A DNA stretch of 63,351 bases, filler included, from Hyphochytrium catenoides (GCA_900088475.1; 8 parts of 8 records of this genome joined end to end with filler, not necessarily neighbours in it), one strand, 5' to 3'; positions 1 through 11,512 are shown, counted from the whole stretch's first letter. Notes: generated from the sequence alone by a model not told the origin. Made by a program: numbers and translations.

Positions 1-56
1 GAGAGAGAGAGAGAGAGAAAGAGAGAGGTGACTGAGTCCGGGAGAAGAAGAAGCCC

Positions 57-842
57 CTAATTATATTCCCGGGTAAGACCTTTCTGGCTCAGAAGAGGAG
101 CGATGCCTTTCATATGCGCCTGCACTGTATCAATGACTGGCTTAAGTTCTTTCTCCTGTTGGCCTCTTCTTAACCGTTCCGACAGTGCCTTGATAATGTA
201 TTGGTTATGCTCGTCTAGCAGCCTGAACCTGGCCGCAGAGCTCCGAAGATTTGAAGATTTTCCTGGATTCTTCATCCTCTGGGTGATGGCAATGAATCTC
301 TGCAGAAGATCTTTCTGCGCTGCCAAGCTGTTTACATACGGGCCAACCAACTCTTGCAGATTGATGTCCTGCCGCGTATATGGAAGAAGATTTGAGTGCA
401 AGGTGCCGGCGATCTCCGTGACGGCAGAAATCTCCGTCGCCAGTCTTCCAATCTCTTGCCTCCTGGAATGGCGATAATCAGGAGGACTCAGACGAAGCTT
501 TTTACGTCCAAGAAAATCCAATAGTCTCTGAATAGAGACTCGTTTTGCATAATAAGAGGAAGACGATTGGTGCAGTTGTGGTGTCCTTCTCCTTAAGGCT
601 TGTTGCCATGTTGCTGGTAGAAGAGAGAGCGCTTCCGTCGTGTTTTCAAGCAGCAGGAGAGAGAGGAGTGAAGTCGTCAGAAAGAAGAAGAGGAGAAAAC
701 GAGGAGAAGAAGAAGAAGAGACGTTGGAGGAGGAGGACGAGTAAACAGCCTGTCTTCTTTCTCTGCTGCATCTCTTCCCGTCTTCTATTCTCGTCTTCTC
801 TTGTCTTAGTAGAGGAGTAGATGGCCGTCTTCTTCTCTCCAT
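57..842 (-). CDS. Intronless orphan predicted secreted protein (~261 aa), family member A
   Basis: First ATG of the 57..1034 ORF is at 842 (MERRRR...). An Arg/Ser-rich leader precedes the hydrophobic segment FLLFFFLTTSLLSLLLL and cleavage-like NTTEA. The body is non-repetitive and helical-looking; motif QEIGRLATEI matches REMGRAVTEM of 11929..13014. Confidence 0.7.
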   Translation of the reverse strand: MERRRRPSTPLLRQEKTRIEDGKRCSRERRQAVYSSSSSNVSSSSSPRFLLFFFLTTSLLSLLLLENTTEALSLLPATWQQALRRRTPQLHQSSSSYYAKRVSIQRLLDFLGRKKLRLSPPDYRHSRRQEIGRLATEISAVTEIAGTLHSNLLPYTRQDINLQELVGPYVNSLAAQKDLLQRFIAITQRMKNPGKSSNLRSSAARFRLLDEHNQYIIKALSERLRRGQQEKELKPVIDTVQAHMKGIAPLLSQKGLTREYN

Positions 843-1454
843 CTTCTCCGCCGCTGATGACGCGAAAGAAGAAGAGATGATCCTTATGCTGATGATCGAG
901 CTGATAATGGAGAATGAACGGGGTAGGGAGAGAAAGAGAGAGAGGAAAGAGAAAACGATGTCGAGCTTTTCTCTTCTTTTTGCTCTCCTCAACGAAAGAC
1001 TTTTTGCCAAATGGAGGAGAAAGTGAAGAAGCAATACTTTTGGCTACCGGAGGGATGACGAGATGAATGGGGAGAAGTATAATAACACCTCTTCTTTCCT
1101 CCTTTAGTTCCTCTCTCTCTCACATTCTCTCTCTCTCTTGTCATCGCTCTTTCTCTCCCCTCTCTCTCTCATCCTCTCTCTCTCATTCTCTCTCTCTCTT
1201 GTCATCGCTCTTTCTTTCTCTCCCCTAACCGAGCAGCCGCGGCCCTGCATCCTCCTCATCTGTAGCAGGCACCGTGGGGCGCCGACCTCATTCGACTGTT
1301 TCTTGCCAAGATCGCGCGCGCATGTGTTCTTCTTAGGCTCCTTTTCCGATCACCATTTTCTTTTCTTTTACAGTAGTAAAACTGTAGAGCTACTATACCA
1401 TAGACTTATTTTGTAATACTGTTTTTCGATAAACTCTCCCTCTCTCTCTCTTTT

Positions 1455-1485
<31 letters not shown>

Positions 1486-2557
1486 TTTTCTCTCTCTCTC
1501 TCTCTCTCTGTCTCTCCCTCTCTCTCTTTCTTTCCCCCTTCCCCCCTTCTCTCCCTCTCCCTTGTTCTTTTCTTGTTTCTTTCTCTCCTGTTCTCTCCTT
1601 TCTGCCTCGCTCCCTCTTGATCGTTCCATCCTGTCGACTAAAGAATGTGTACCATGTTGTCTGCCTATGTTCCGAATGACGAATATTATATTTCTGATAG
1701 TTGACTTTTCTAAGCATCCTCCCTCTTTTGTTTCTTTCGCGTTCATGTTATGTTCGGGTTGTAGTGCATACTCTCGTAAGAGTAGTGCTTAGTTTCCCGG
1801 ATGTCTCCTTCCTCTTCTTTTTTGCTCGTCCTTATATTCGTGAAGTAGTACATACTTTTGGTAAAGCTGGTACTTATTTTCCGTTTCTTCTTGGCCTTCA
1901 AAACGGTACTGTGGTAGTTCTACAACAGGACTCAAAGATGTGGTTGCGCTTCAAACGCGTTATAGAACTATTCGAATGCTGACCAGAATAGTTGACTCCT
2001 CTCTTCCTCTATGTTTGGGCGTCTTCTGCCGCCTCAAGAGCATCTCCACCGGGAGTCTCTAAATGAATCTCTATTGCCGCGCTGAAAGCTCTGGCGATGC
2101 TGCTTGGCATCTGCTAGCTGCAGGCTGTTGATGAACGTCCCCTGCCCCATTCTTCCAGGCAGGGTGAGTAGGAGTAGTAGTAGTAGTAGTGGTATGAGAG
2201 GTAAGGATCACGACCAACAAGAAGGTTGTTGTTGTCCCCGGATCCCAGTTGGGCTGATGACGTCGTCGTGCGTACGTAGTAGAGCATTGCAAGGAACCTT
2301 GTAATCAGAAGCATGGCTGATGAGGAACATGCAGCTGACGAACTGAGATTCTTGTCACAATGTCATCCGGTTTTAATGAAAGGGCTAGCGAACAATAAAA
2401 TGAGCTTGAGGCCGTGTTCTGCCTAGAACGCCGGGATGTGAAAGGAGAACGCGCGCAAGGCGCTACCTTTCAGCATTTCAGATACTCGAGAAGCGATCTG
2501 ATTGGTCAACGACTGGGATTCCCGTTAGGGGCTCTATAGCGACAACTCTATCGCTAT

Positions 2558-2870
2558 ATTTGTGTACACAAATACAATCGCAAATAAATATTAGAAGTTT
2601 GTGCAAATATAAATAATTGTACATAAAATGGAGGAGCCTATTTGTGTGCGTACAATCCATTTGTATACGATCCGCCGAGTTTGCTTGTAAACTGACAATT
2701 ATTTGTATAAAAACTATAGCTTCCCATTTGTAGCTACAAATTTATTTGTACATAGAGTGAGCGTGGCTATTTGTATCACACAAATACATTTGTACGCGAT
2801 TAGTGAAGGGTCATTTGTGCTCTACAACTATTTGTCTACTATAAATAGATATTTATTTGTAGGTACAAGT
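2558..2870 (+). repeat. Phased repeat-spacer array 1 (ATTTGT-N4-6-ACAA..-ATTTGTAYA, ~43-bp period)
   Basis: Unit starts at 2597, 2640, 2683, 2726, 2769, 2813, 2855, plus a partial unit at 2558; unique 14-15 nt spacers. Confidence 0.85.
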
Positions 2871-3585
2871 GGACTGAAAGTGCATCTTACTACAAGGGAG
2901 GGGAATGATAAAGAGGCGCCAAGACAAGCGAAAGGATCGGAGGTCTTCATCATCACAGTGTGAATGACGATAGAGAACGCAAGTAGAACGTCAGAGCGAG
3001 ATAGACGGAAGTCCTAGCAGGCCTCAAGCCCAAGACAGTCGACAACAAATAAGGAGATTACATTTTGCATCAATAGTCAAGAGCAAAGAAAAGCAGATAT
3101 GAAACCACCACTGGTATTTAGTGATGAACTCATCATCGAAGAAAGAAGCAAGGCTGCACAACAACATAAGAACTCAAGTGACTAATAAATTCTGTGAGCG
3201 GTTTATTATTATTAGTATGACTATATCAAACTTTCAGTATCAAATGTCTCGCCGTTGGGCTATTATAAACAGTAGTAGTAGGATGGAGCCATACACAGAA
3301 CACAATTGAATTAGTTTTGCCAAACGACGGAGAAGTTTACGAGGGCTGAATGACCAGATGGTGGTAACAAGAGGGGAGGATGACGGAGAGCAAAGTTGCT
3401 GGCCAAAAAGCTCTACATTAAAGAGAGTTTGCTCCTGCTCCATCAGCTTGATATTCCTGAACTATTCATAAGAAGAAGAATAAGGACTTTCTTTGTCTCG
3501 AATCTAAAAGAGGCCAGTTCCAGCTGGAGCTCATCAGTCCAGTTGTTTGACCTTAATTAATTTTAACCCGTCTCCACGCCGCTTT

Positions 3586-3912
3586 ACTTGTACATACAGA
3601 TAAATATTTATTTGTCTGGGACAAACAATTGTACACGATCTTTCACTCACCACTTGTATCGACATAAATATTTGTACATCTTTTCTCTCTGCTTCCTTGT
3701 AGATACAAGTAATTTGTTCCCTAAGCAAGGCTTCATATTTGTAGAATGCACAAATATTTGTATACGTTTCCTAGGGAGTCATTTATAAGACACAAAAGAT
3801 TTGTACATGATTCTTCCTAAGGCCTTACACCATTTGTAAAATACAATTTATTTGTCCACGTTTTTCGCCCGACTATTTGTAAAGTACAAACCATTTATAT
3901 GTCCATTTGTCC
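3586..3912 (+). repeat. Phased repeat-spacer array 2 (same unit and orientation as array 1)
   Basis: Unit starts at 3610, 3652, 3695, 3737, 3781, 3832, 3875; unique spacers of 15-16 nt (one of 23 nt). Confidence 0.85.
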
Positions 3913-4558
3913 AATGTGTGTAGAGTTGCTCCACCGGCAATGGAGTCATGTCCTTCTTTCTTATATAGTAGAAAGTTCTGTCTTTCGCCCTAAAAAGCAA
4001 TTTTGCTGCTGAAACAGAGACAAACTTAGTACAAGATAAACTCAGATCAAGGCCCAAACCCATTGCATCTGTTTCACAAAGTTCTAGTGTTCAAAATCAC
4101 ACTAAAATGAAAACCCATAACTGCCTGCACTAGAGACTGAGAGCCGTCAACCGATAAAGACGGTCTCAGATTTTGCTGCTGCTGATAGACGAGGAAGACA
4201 GGAAGGGGCATTCCCCTGACAAGCGAGCCAGAGTTAGTAGAAGTCAGACAGACAAATACCAAGGTACCATAACTTCAGTTTTGGCTATATATGCTGCTAG
4301 ACAGAGCAAAGAGAGATACAATAAAGCGATAGAGATATCGATAGAGACCCCTGGTAGGAGATGCTCTCCTCTCATCACAACGGTAGCTGTCAAACGCCGC
4401 GAAGTGCATTTTTACTTGCTTTCTTCTTCTTCTTTCTTCTTCTTCTTCTTCTTTGCGTCGTTTGATGATGATGATGATCATCATCAGACAACAAGAAGAT
4501 GTCTTTCTGTTGGGCCGCCCGCCGTGTGATTGTATTGATTGAGGTTGTTCTCTTCTTC

Positions 4559-5465
4559 CTCATTTCCCCGCCGCAGTGTCACCCTTCACAACTTCAATCA
4601 TGGCTGGGCCGGCCTAGGAGAATGCTTCAGTCTCAACCCTAGCTCTGTAGAAGTTGAAGACTTCTGACAGATTTTTTTTTCAATGGCTACTGGGGCAGAC
4701 CTAAAACCGTTCTGGAGGACCTCATCGCTAGAGGAACAACAAGAGAGAGGCACCTCGGATGGCCTGAATATTGAAGACAATGCGTTAGTTAGGAGAGACT
4801 CTTCTTCTCTTGCTGGTCTTATATAGCCAGGAAGAGAAGAGTGATTGATGAGGCCGAGGTGCCTTTTCTTCTTGTCAACATTATGTTGTTGTGAGGAAAT
4901 GAGCTATGAATCATGATGCTTCTTCATTTGATCATGATGCTGGTGGAGGGGAAGGAGACAGTGGAAGAGAGACTCAAAAAAAAAATTAGCTCTTGGCTTC
5001 TTCTTCTTCTTCATCCCTTTTTCTTCCTTCTTCTTCAATTCCTGTCTTCTCTTCCACTTTCTCTTCGACATACTGTCTCCTCCTCCTCTCTTCTACTTCT
5101 TCCTCGTCAAACAGTAGCGTCTACTACCTGGTGCGCTCACAGAAAAGGAAAAGGAAAGAGAAAAAGCTTTTCCTTCTCAATCTGGTTGAAGAGATCTACT
5201 ATCATCTGTTCAACCCTTCTCGCACCTATGGAAGAACTCTCAAGTCTTCCACGATATAATAGAGTAATGCATCCTCCTTCTTAGGTACAAAAAAGAAGAA
5301 GAAGATGATGAAGAAGGCCAATGCAACACCACGTCGTCGCTCGGATGTCTTTCCTTCTCTCTCTTTTTCTACTTCTGGTTCATATTAGACGGAGTGCCAG
5401 GACTCTAAGCCTGTCTTTTTCTTCCTCTTTTCCTTTTTTTCGGGGCGCTTTCCAGTCTTCAATAT
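4559..5465 (-). pseudogene. Possible highly decayed paralog of the secreted family
   Basis: Minus-strand fragments resemble pieces of 57..842 and 11929..13014: IEDWK (vs IEDGK), hydrophobic VALAFFIIFFFF, DEVLQNGF...KSSTSTELGLRL (vs KDLLQRF...KSSNLRSSAARFRL) and terminal TAAGK* (vs PATGKM*, PVAGKT*). Many stops and frameshifts. Confidence 0.3.
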
Positions 5466-6231
5466 NNNNNNNNNNNNNNNNNNNNNNNNNNNNNNNNNNN
5501 NNNNNNNNNNNNNNNNNNNNNNNNNNNNNNNNNNNNNATAATAATGAAGAGATCTTACTTTCTTCTCTGTTGTTGTCTTTCTCCAGGCGCAGGTTTGCTT
5601 CTTGTCTCCTGCCTGAATCTAGTTTCCTTTCCCTTGTCTTCTTCCTCGATATGTCTTGCTGGCCCCTGTCATCTTGACCGTTGGAAGAGGAAGAGAGAAT
5701 ATAAAGAGAGAGAGACATTCTTTGCGAAGACGAGGAGGCTGAGAAGTATTTAGAAAGGAGAGAGGGGAGCAAAAAAGATGGAGGTTGAAAGAGAGAGAGA
5801 GAAAGCAAGGCACGGGATAGCCGTGAAGCGGGGAGAAAGAGATAAAATAAGAAGAAAAGTTAGAAGATGTAGAGAGATGGAGAGGACCACCAAGAGAGGG
5901 AGAGAAAAGAGGGAGTTCGAAGAGAGAATCGAGAGAGCCGTTATAAATGGTGACATAGGACCATTGCGAGCGGAGGGAGAGAGAGAGAGAGAGAGACAGA
6001 AAGAGAAAGAGAGAACGAGAGGATGCCAAGCTATTAGTCTCTGTTCTCCTTTTATTCTTAAGCTTTTCTTTTTCCTTTTCCGGAGGAAGATAGAGATGAT
6101 GGTTTATTCACAAGTCTCTTTCTTCCTCTTGCTCAACAGATAGAGAGAGAGAGAAAGTGAAGGGGAGAGACGATGGGGCAGCCGTGTAAATTATAGAGAT
6201 ACTCTGCCTCTCTCTTTCTCTCTGTCTGCCA

Positions 6232-6269
<38 letters not shown>

Positions 6270-6322
6270 GATGAATCTCCCTTGTTCTCCACTTCCAACA
6301 ACGATCATATTCTTAGAAATGT

Positions 6323-7575
6323 CTACGTTTTGCCTGCCACAGGCTGAGGAAGTTGCTTAGCGCGCGCTTGGATAGCATAATAAAGATCTGAGTGCTGGTC
6401 CACTAAGCCGTCAAAGTCTTTTCTCAGTTCTTCATGTCTCTGAATGGCCGGACCAGGGCGGACCTCAGGCTCAAGGAAGTACTCGAGCAGATCGGCAGTG
6501 TCTTTCATAGTCTGAAGAGCTGGTTACGTGCTTCCTGTTTGCTCCTCTGCGAGCTTCATGGATGCCATGAGCTGCTGAAGATGCGCTGATTTATCTTTCT
6601 CTTGCACGCTGTTCAACTGGTCCAACGATGTCTTTTTCTTGCTCCGAGTGTCTGCATAGGCTTTCAAGGAAGCTTCTGCTATTCCTTGGCTGATGTCAAC
6701 GCTGTCAAGGGCCGCGCCTTTCAAAGCTGCTTGGATCTCTGCCGCTTGTTCATGATATCTCTGCATCTCTGGACCATCAAGAAGATTGCTCTTGGGCCTT
6801 TCGTTCACTTGCCTTTTCACGGCTTCTAGCCTTGATGTCAATAGCTGAAGGATGAATTGACCGGACAGCATAAGGGTCAACCTTTACTGCTGCCCTGGCG
6901 GTAGACCTGGCGCCTGCATCATGAGAGCAAGAAGCTCAGGATTGTAGGGTCCGCTCTGCGGTGGAAGGTAAGAAGCTGGGGCAAGCTGTCTGCTCAGCAC
7001 TTCCAGCAGCGCGTCCCTGTTGACTGTTCCCTGTTATTTGCCCTCTTTTAACCTGAGCAAGGTCTGATCTATGACGTGATCTCATCCAGAGTGCTGCCGA
7101 TGTCGCGGAGAAAGTTCTCATCAGTTTTCTTCGACACAGGGCGGGCTTGCTTCTTCTTCTTCTTCTCGACCAGCAAAAAAGTCCACAGGCTTCTTTGATG
7201 CCGAGCTCTCTCCGTCCTTGAGCTGCAAAGGTGGAGTCACATCCGCGTCTGTCCCGCGAAGAGAAGGCTGCTGCTGCTCTAGCGGCGCTGCGGCTTCGGC
7301 GGTGTGAGAAGAGGAGAGAATTTTCCCTCGAACGGCTAAGACCACGGGCGACTTTCTTGCTGATGATGGGATGCCTCTGCCTTTCCGAGGAGAGAAGGCT
7401 GTCGTCTTAGCGGTGTCGCAGCTTCGGCGGCGTGGTGGCTCCCCATGCGGAAGACAGAAGAGAAGAGAATGATGAAGACGAGCAGGATGAGAGAGCAAGA
7501 CGTCGGGCTGCAGCGTCTCTTCCTTCTCCCTCCTAATAAGACAGCAGTAGCTGTCCGCCCTGTCTGCCACCTCAT
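6323..7575 (-). pseudogene. Disabled paralog of the 11929..13014 secreted protein (family member B)
   Basis: Colinear matches: MRWQTGRT vs MRQTGRT; FLRDIGSTLDEITS vs ILREMGRAVTEMKS; LPPQSGPYNPELLAL vs LPEQGGPYSPEVIAL; EIQAALKGA vs EIRSALEGA; YAIQARAKQLPQPVAGKT* vs GAIYEASKRYPTPATGKM*. In-frame TAA at 7034-7036, 6884-6886 and 6524-6526; frameshifts near 7070, 7178 and 7320. Confidence 0.85.
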
Positions 7576-7631
7576 CTTCCTCTTCTTCTTCTCTTGGGGA
7601 AGACTGCTTGAGGCTCAAGTGGGCGGCCACC

Positions 7632-7691
<60 letters not shown>

Positions 7692-7799
7692 TTTGCTCTT
7701 CTTAAGTCGGGAGAGAATGACGGGGCAGCAATGGTCTGTCACCTTATTTAGAGCATCAGACACATTGACGGAAAATGACGGACGTTATTTTCTTTCTTC

Positions 7800-7840
<41 letters not shown>

Positions 7841-8244
7841 ACTCTCTCTCACTCTCTCTCTCTTTCTCTCTCTCTCTGTCTCCCTCTCTCTCCCCGCGAC
7901 CCCCCCGCGCGCTCTCTCTCAGTCTTTCTCCTCTCATCTCAGAGCTTTGTGCCACTTTTTCTCTCTCTCTCTGTGTAATGAAGTTTGTGGACTTTCTCCC
8001 CTGATTCTCTTGATTCTCTTTCTCGTCCCTTCATGTTTGGCCGCCCTTCGTGGCTTATCATGGTCCTGCGGGCGGTGGGCTTCCCCTATTGGTTTTCAGT
8101 CTATGACGTCTTTCCCTTGCCGGGCAGGAAAGAAAGAGAAACAAGAAGAAGAGATAGCGTGGTTTTGGGAGCAGGTAGTAACTCCCTCTTTCCTCTCGTG
8201 GAAATGACTCGGTTTTCATCCAGGCTGCACTGTTGATGAGCTGC

Positions 8245-8575
8245 TCTCTGTCTCTCACTCTCTCTCTCTGTCTCTCTCTCTCTCTCTCTCACTGTCTCTC
8301 TCTCTCTCTCTTTCTGTCTCTCTCTCTCTCTCTCTCTCCTTTTGTCTCTTTCTCTCTTGTGCCTACTCTCTCTTCCTCCTCCCCCTTTTACTCTCTCTCT
8401 TTCTTTCTTTCCCTCTCTCTCCCGGCTGACTCTCACTTTTCGTCTCTACCTTCTCTCTCTCCCTCTTGCACTCTCTCTCTCTCTTTTTCTCTCTCTCTTT
8501 TGCTCTCTCTCTTTTTCTCTCTCTCTTTCTCTCTCTCTCTCTTTCTCTCTCTCTGTCTCTCTCTCTCTTTTCCTT
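8245..8575. repeat. Long imperfect (CT)n/(AG)n microsatellite tract, representative of many (e.g. 1437-1560, 7637-7686, 11478-11610, 15247-15435, 22555-22785, 51160-51240, 61600-61720)
   Basis: Seen directly; explains the LS/ER-rich spurious ORFs. Confidence 0.95.
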
Positions 8576-9257
8576 CTCTGTTAAGTTGCCTACCTATCCA
8601 TTAGTTCCATCTACTCTTCTTTCACACGAAAGCAACAGCAACAGCAGGAAACAGAAGAGAACCAGATCTTCAACAGCAGAAAGAACAGGAGCAGATCCGA
8701 CGAACGAGACTGGAAGAGAAGTGGATCCAGACCCTTTCTCTCTTATGAGAAGAGTGCACGATATATAATAAAGAGGAACCTCTCGCCAACCAGAGAAGAG
8801 AGAAACACTGCCAAAGAGAGAGAGAGAGAGATACCGTTTCTTCTTCTTCTTCTCTTTCTCCTCTTTTTCTCTTTCTTTCTATCTCGTCTCCTGCTATTAT
8901 TATCTTTTCCTTAGCAGTAGAACTAGACCGTCTCCCTGTCAACAGGCCATGGCGGGCATGATAGAGCCACAGAAGCTGAACGGACCGGAATAAGAGAGAG
9001 AAAGAAGGAAATAGGCCAGGGAGAGGAACGAGAGAGAGAGAGAGAGAGAGAGATGTGATGAGAAGAGAAAGGCATCGGGGCCTCTCATAACTCTGGCCGC
9101 CTTTCTCTCCTCTTTGTTCCCTTTCCCTCTGCCTTCTTCCTTCGTGCTCCCTCTCTGCCGCTATCTGTTTGAAGTCTGTGTGTCTGTCTGTCTGACTCGC
9201 CCTCTCTCCTTTTCTCTGTCTCTCTCTCTCTCTCTTCTCTCTGTCTCTGTCTCTCTC

Positions 9258-9290
<33 letters not shown>

Positions 9291-9753
9291 TCTATTTCCT
9301 TTCTTCTTTCTCTGACCTCCTCTTTGACAATCATGTACACCAGTAGTTCTACGGCCTTTGATGTGTCTGTCCATGCTTCACTCGCTCGGCGATCAAGGTC
9401 GTTGGTTGGAGAAGAGGAGAAGACGACGTTGAAGAAGAAATCATGAGGTTCTTTCTTCTCTGCTGTCAGGCGGCTGTTATTAGGGCGGCTAGTCAAGCTT
9501 CTTTAGTGTGATCGTGCTGTCTCTCTTCTTTGAGGCTTTTCCTGCTGTTCATGATGATGATGATGATGATGGTCTCGGCGCCACGCTTTCTTCTCTCTTC
9601 TCATCATCCTCCGTCCTCTTTCTATTATCGTTATTGAGAAAGTGTTCATCTTGGCCTCCTCCGATGTTGATGGTGGAGGAGGAGAGAAACGTGTTGAATA
9701 AGAGTCCAGCAGGAGACTCTATGTAGCTCTCGTCTCGCCTTCAGTTTCTTCTC

Positions 9754-10130
9754 TTGCTTCTTCTTCTCTTTTTCTTCTTTTTCGTCTTCTTCTTTTTCGT
9801 CTTCTTCTTCTTCTTCTTCTTCTTCTTCTTTTTCTTCTTCTTTTTCTTCTTCTCCTTCTTCTTCTTCTTCTCCTTCTTCAACTTCTCCTTCTTCTTCTTC
9901 TTCTCCTTCTTCTCCTTCGTCTTCTTTTTCTTCTACTTCTTCTTTTTCTTACTTTTTCTTATTCTCCTTCTTCTTCTTCTTCTTCTTTTTCTTCTTCTTC
10001 TTCTTCTTCTTCTTCTTCTTCTTCTTCTTCTTCTTCTTCTCCTTCTTCTTCTCCTTCTTCTCCTTCTTCTCCAGCTTCTTGTTCTTCTCCTTCTCCTTCT
10101 TCTTCTCCTTCTTCGTCTTCTTCGTAGCTT
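9754..10130. repeat. (TTC)n/(GAA)n trinucleotide array, ~380 bp
   Basis: Seen directly; imperfect, with GGA/GAC/AAA variant triplets on the minus strand. Confidence 0.95.
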
Positions 10131-11474
10131 CTCTTCTCCACTTCCTGTCGTCAGTACTCGGCCTTTGATGTGGTGTCTCTCCTCGTCCATCACGAACTCG
10201 CTGCCATAACTCAGAAGCCTTGCTTCCTCATTATGCAGCAGTCCATGCAGATGAACAAGAGAGTATCAGTGTTCCTTGTAAGGCTTGTAGGGCCTGCAGG
10301 TTGTCCTTTCGCTGCTTTGGGAGGAGGAGTCGTTGGTTGGTTGAGCGAGAAGAAGAGCTCTGCCCCGGGCGGGCGGCGCCGTTGAAGATCGTGTAGGACA
10401 TCTTCTGGTGAACCTGAGGCATCATTATTGATTGCTGTCTGGATGGTGGTGAGGCCTCCAGTGAGTGGACATGGACACTTGCCTCTTCTTGTCTGCCACC
10501 GCTGCCCTGCTTCAAAGGAAGGCAGTGATGATGCTCGGGCTGGGTCATCATGCGGGAAGCTAGGCCTCGTTGTGGGCGTCGCGTGTCTGATCTCTCTTCT
10601 TCGTTCTCTCCGCTTATCACTCTTTTTCTCCGTCTTCTTCTCCTCGTTTTGAGCCTATGACTAGGGCATGATGATGCTTTTTTCGAGGGCTCTGCGTTTC
10701 TATATTTTTAATGTACATCCATCAATCTTCTTGGAGATCCTGCGCTGGGGCGGCCGTGCTTGTCTCTCTCCCGCGCTTGGTGCTTCAGCTGTTATTATTG
10801 TGCGTCCGTCAGCAGGAAGAGGACGCTCTTGTTGCTGCTCTTGCTGCGGTGGCCGGCTTCGTCTCTGAAAGATTGCTGTCTTTGAAGAAGGAAGGAAGAA
10901 GGGCATTCGCGGTACTTTTCTCCTTCTTCGATGACAAACATGAAGAACGAAGGCCTCAGAAAAGAGAGAAGAGAAAACATTCTTCCAAGGAAGACATCCT
11001 CCTCTTCTTCCTCTTCCAGGGCCTGTTCAGGGACTTCTGGTCTCCACATCTCGCGTGCAATCATCCAATACTCAGAAGAAGACCTGGAGGGCTCCCAGAA
11101 CAGTCTTTGCTGTCCACTAAATGGAGAGAAGAGTACACGCACTCGGCCAACCACCTGGCAAGCAAGAATGAAGAAGAAGAAGAAGGCTTCTAAGAAACAA
11201 CTGCTGCTGAAGACTCATCTTATCATGAATCCCAGGGTCTTCGCGTTGTCTTTCTTCTCTCTCTCTCTCTCTTCCTCTTTTTCTAGAAAGAAGAAGGGCT
11301 AGCGTTACATTTCTGGGGGAAATTTCCAGAATGGGAGAAGAGGATGATGAATTTGGCCTGCTACCAGGATGTCTCTCTCCTGTCTGCATCCTTCTTCTTC
11401 CCTTTTGTTTATTCTCTTCTTCCTCTGTCGATGACTTGGTTGCTGCCCCCTGTTTTACTATTAGCTGTGACGGG

Positions 11475-11512
<38 letters not shown>

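Larger units (their letters stand above)
2037..4367. mobile_element. Non-autonomous PIF/Harbinger-like DNA transposon (~2.3 kb)
   Basis: Left end AGAGCATCTCCACCGGGAGTCTCTA (2037) and right end TAGAGACCCCTGGTAGGAGATGCTCT (to 4367) are imperfect inverted repeats. The GAGCATCTCC terminus is shared with the MITE at 14208-14704. No intact transposase; flanks (TCA / CCT) do not form a clean TSD. Confidence 0.65.

Noticed and set aside
843-1034. N-terminal 64 aa of the 325-aa ORF
   Set aside because: Begins at TTG in low-complexity DNA; the first ATG, with the family AAGATG context, is at 842.
2558-3912. Calling the arrays a true CRISPR
   Set aside because: Eukaryotic context, degenerate repeats, spacers of only ~15 nt and no cas genes; reported as an unexplained array instead.
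6323-7036. TAA reassignment or stop readthrough in member B
   Set aside because: The same locus has frameshifts, and conserved genes (SDR, Yos1, CKS1) terminate at TAA.
8101-9446. Many 100-230 aa LS-, ER- or R-rich ORFs (also 9754-10209, 22429-22926, 50946-51625, 61443-62023)
   Set aside because: Translations of microsatellites that lack stop codons.
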